Translations under genes and position numbers: made by a program | Assembly (NCBI RefSeq): GCF_004010195.1 | Contig: NC_057718.1 | Location: 19,219,905 to 19,283,904, forward strand | Direction of reading: 5' to 3' | DNA from: Chiloscyllium plagiosum | Lineage: Eukaryota | DNA: 64,000 bases | Notes under the pieces: model-generated | Seen by the model: only the letters and a program-made list of their open reading frames with translations | Told to the model about the DNA's origin: nothing | Database searches by the model: none | Part shown: positions 63,251 through 64,000 of the stretch, one piece after another | Layout of the letters: each line of letters starts with the position of its first letter | Position numbering within the stretch: the first letter of the stretch is position 1

Positions 63251-64000
63251 TCCCAACTTAATGTATAAGGTTAGGGAAGGATGTCATTCAATGTTGCATT
63301 GGCATCACCTTGTGGATATACATGTGTGCTCCATGGCTTCAGTCATTCGTGTTCATAGGGACATGAAGAAGAGGCCATTCGGCCCCTTCAGCTGATTCTG
63401 CCATTCAGTTAGATAATGGCTGATCTATAACTCATCCTGCTCAATTTCCTGACTTTTAATCCTCTCAAAAAACAATCAATAAATCTCAGATTTGTACTTT
63501 CAATTGATCCAGAATCTCCACAGTTTTCATTGGGATGGATGGAGTTCCAGGCCGACACTACATTCTGTGGAGTATTGTGAGCATCACACCCGCATTGTGC
63601 AGTTTATGCCCTTTTGTTCTGGCCTTCCCCAGAAGCAGGAAATTGTTTCTCACTATCTGCCATCAAATCTGTTAACCACCTTGAGCATCATTCTTTTGAA
63701 GGTCAGCAGGGAAAACGTGCTTGAAATGAGAAGCAACCCAGGGCACTGAAGTGACGCGATGTTGGTGGGAAAGCATCAAATGAGGGTCACATGTGCATTT
63801 TAAGTGTGAAGGAGCGATCCTTCACCAGTCGTTCTGACCGTGAATGAAAAAATATTTTCCTGTGTGTGTGGGCGGCAGTTCTCCGATAAATAAGTCCGAA
63901 AAATTAAAGAGGACTTTAAACTGAAAGATCTCAGACACCAAGACAATGGGTGTTTGTACAGCTGCTGCTTTTCTAGATCTTAGCAAACTTCAGATGAATG

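Noticed and set aside
63740..63845. Possible intronic C/D snoRNA
   Set aside because: No canonical C box (RUGAUGA) or terminal stem, and antisense to the host gene.

Overview
Eukaryotic genomic DNA, most likely from a shark (inferred from HE1-type V-SINEs, SacSINE-like SINEs and CR1/Penelope repeat families), with three N-gaps. The only host gene I can support is the 3' end of a latent TGF-beta-binding protein gene (LTBP1/LTBP4 group) on the minus strand. It has four spliced exons (62041-62199, 38394-38558, 33980-34129, 31308-31477) encoding the last TB/8-Cys domain, a linker, two C-terminal EGF-like domains and the stop codon, followed by a 3'UTR to about 30350. Most of the rest is decayed retroelement: CR1, Rex1, L2-like and RTE-like LINEs, three SINE families, and at least three Penelope-like element (PLE) families. 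The most striking structure is a set of minimal hammerhead-ribozyme motifs (CUGANGA - stem II - GAAA - palindromic stem III - NUH) at PLE 3' ends. Their stem II sequence varies between families while keeping its pairing. They occur in about 90-bp TSD-flanked mini-insertions, a tandem pair, hairpin elements and tail-out inverted arrangements. One inverted arrangement lies at the centre of a 1.45-kb palindrome with apparently perfect 602-bp arms. Repeat boundaries are approximate; all alignments were done by eye.
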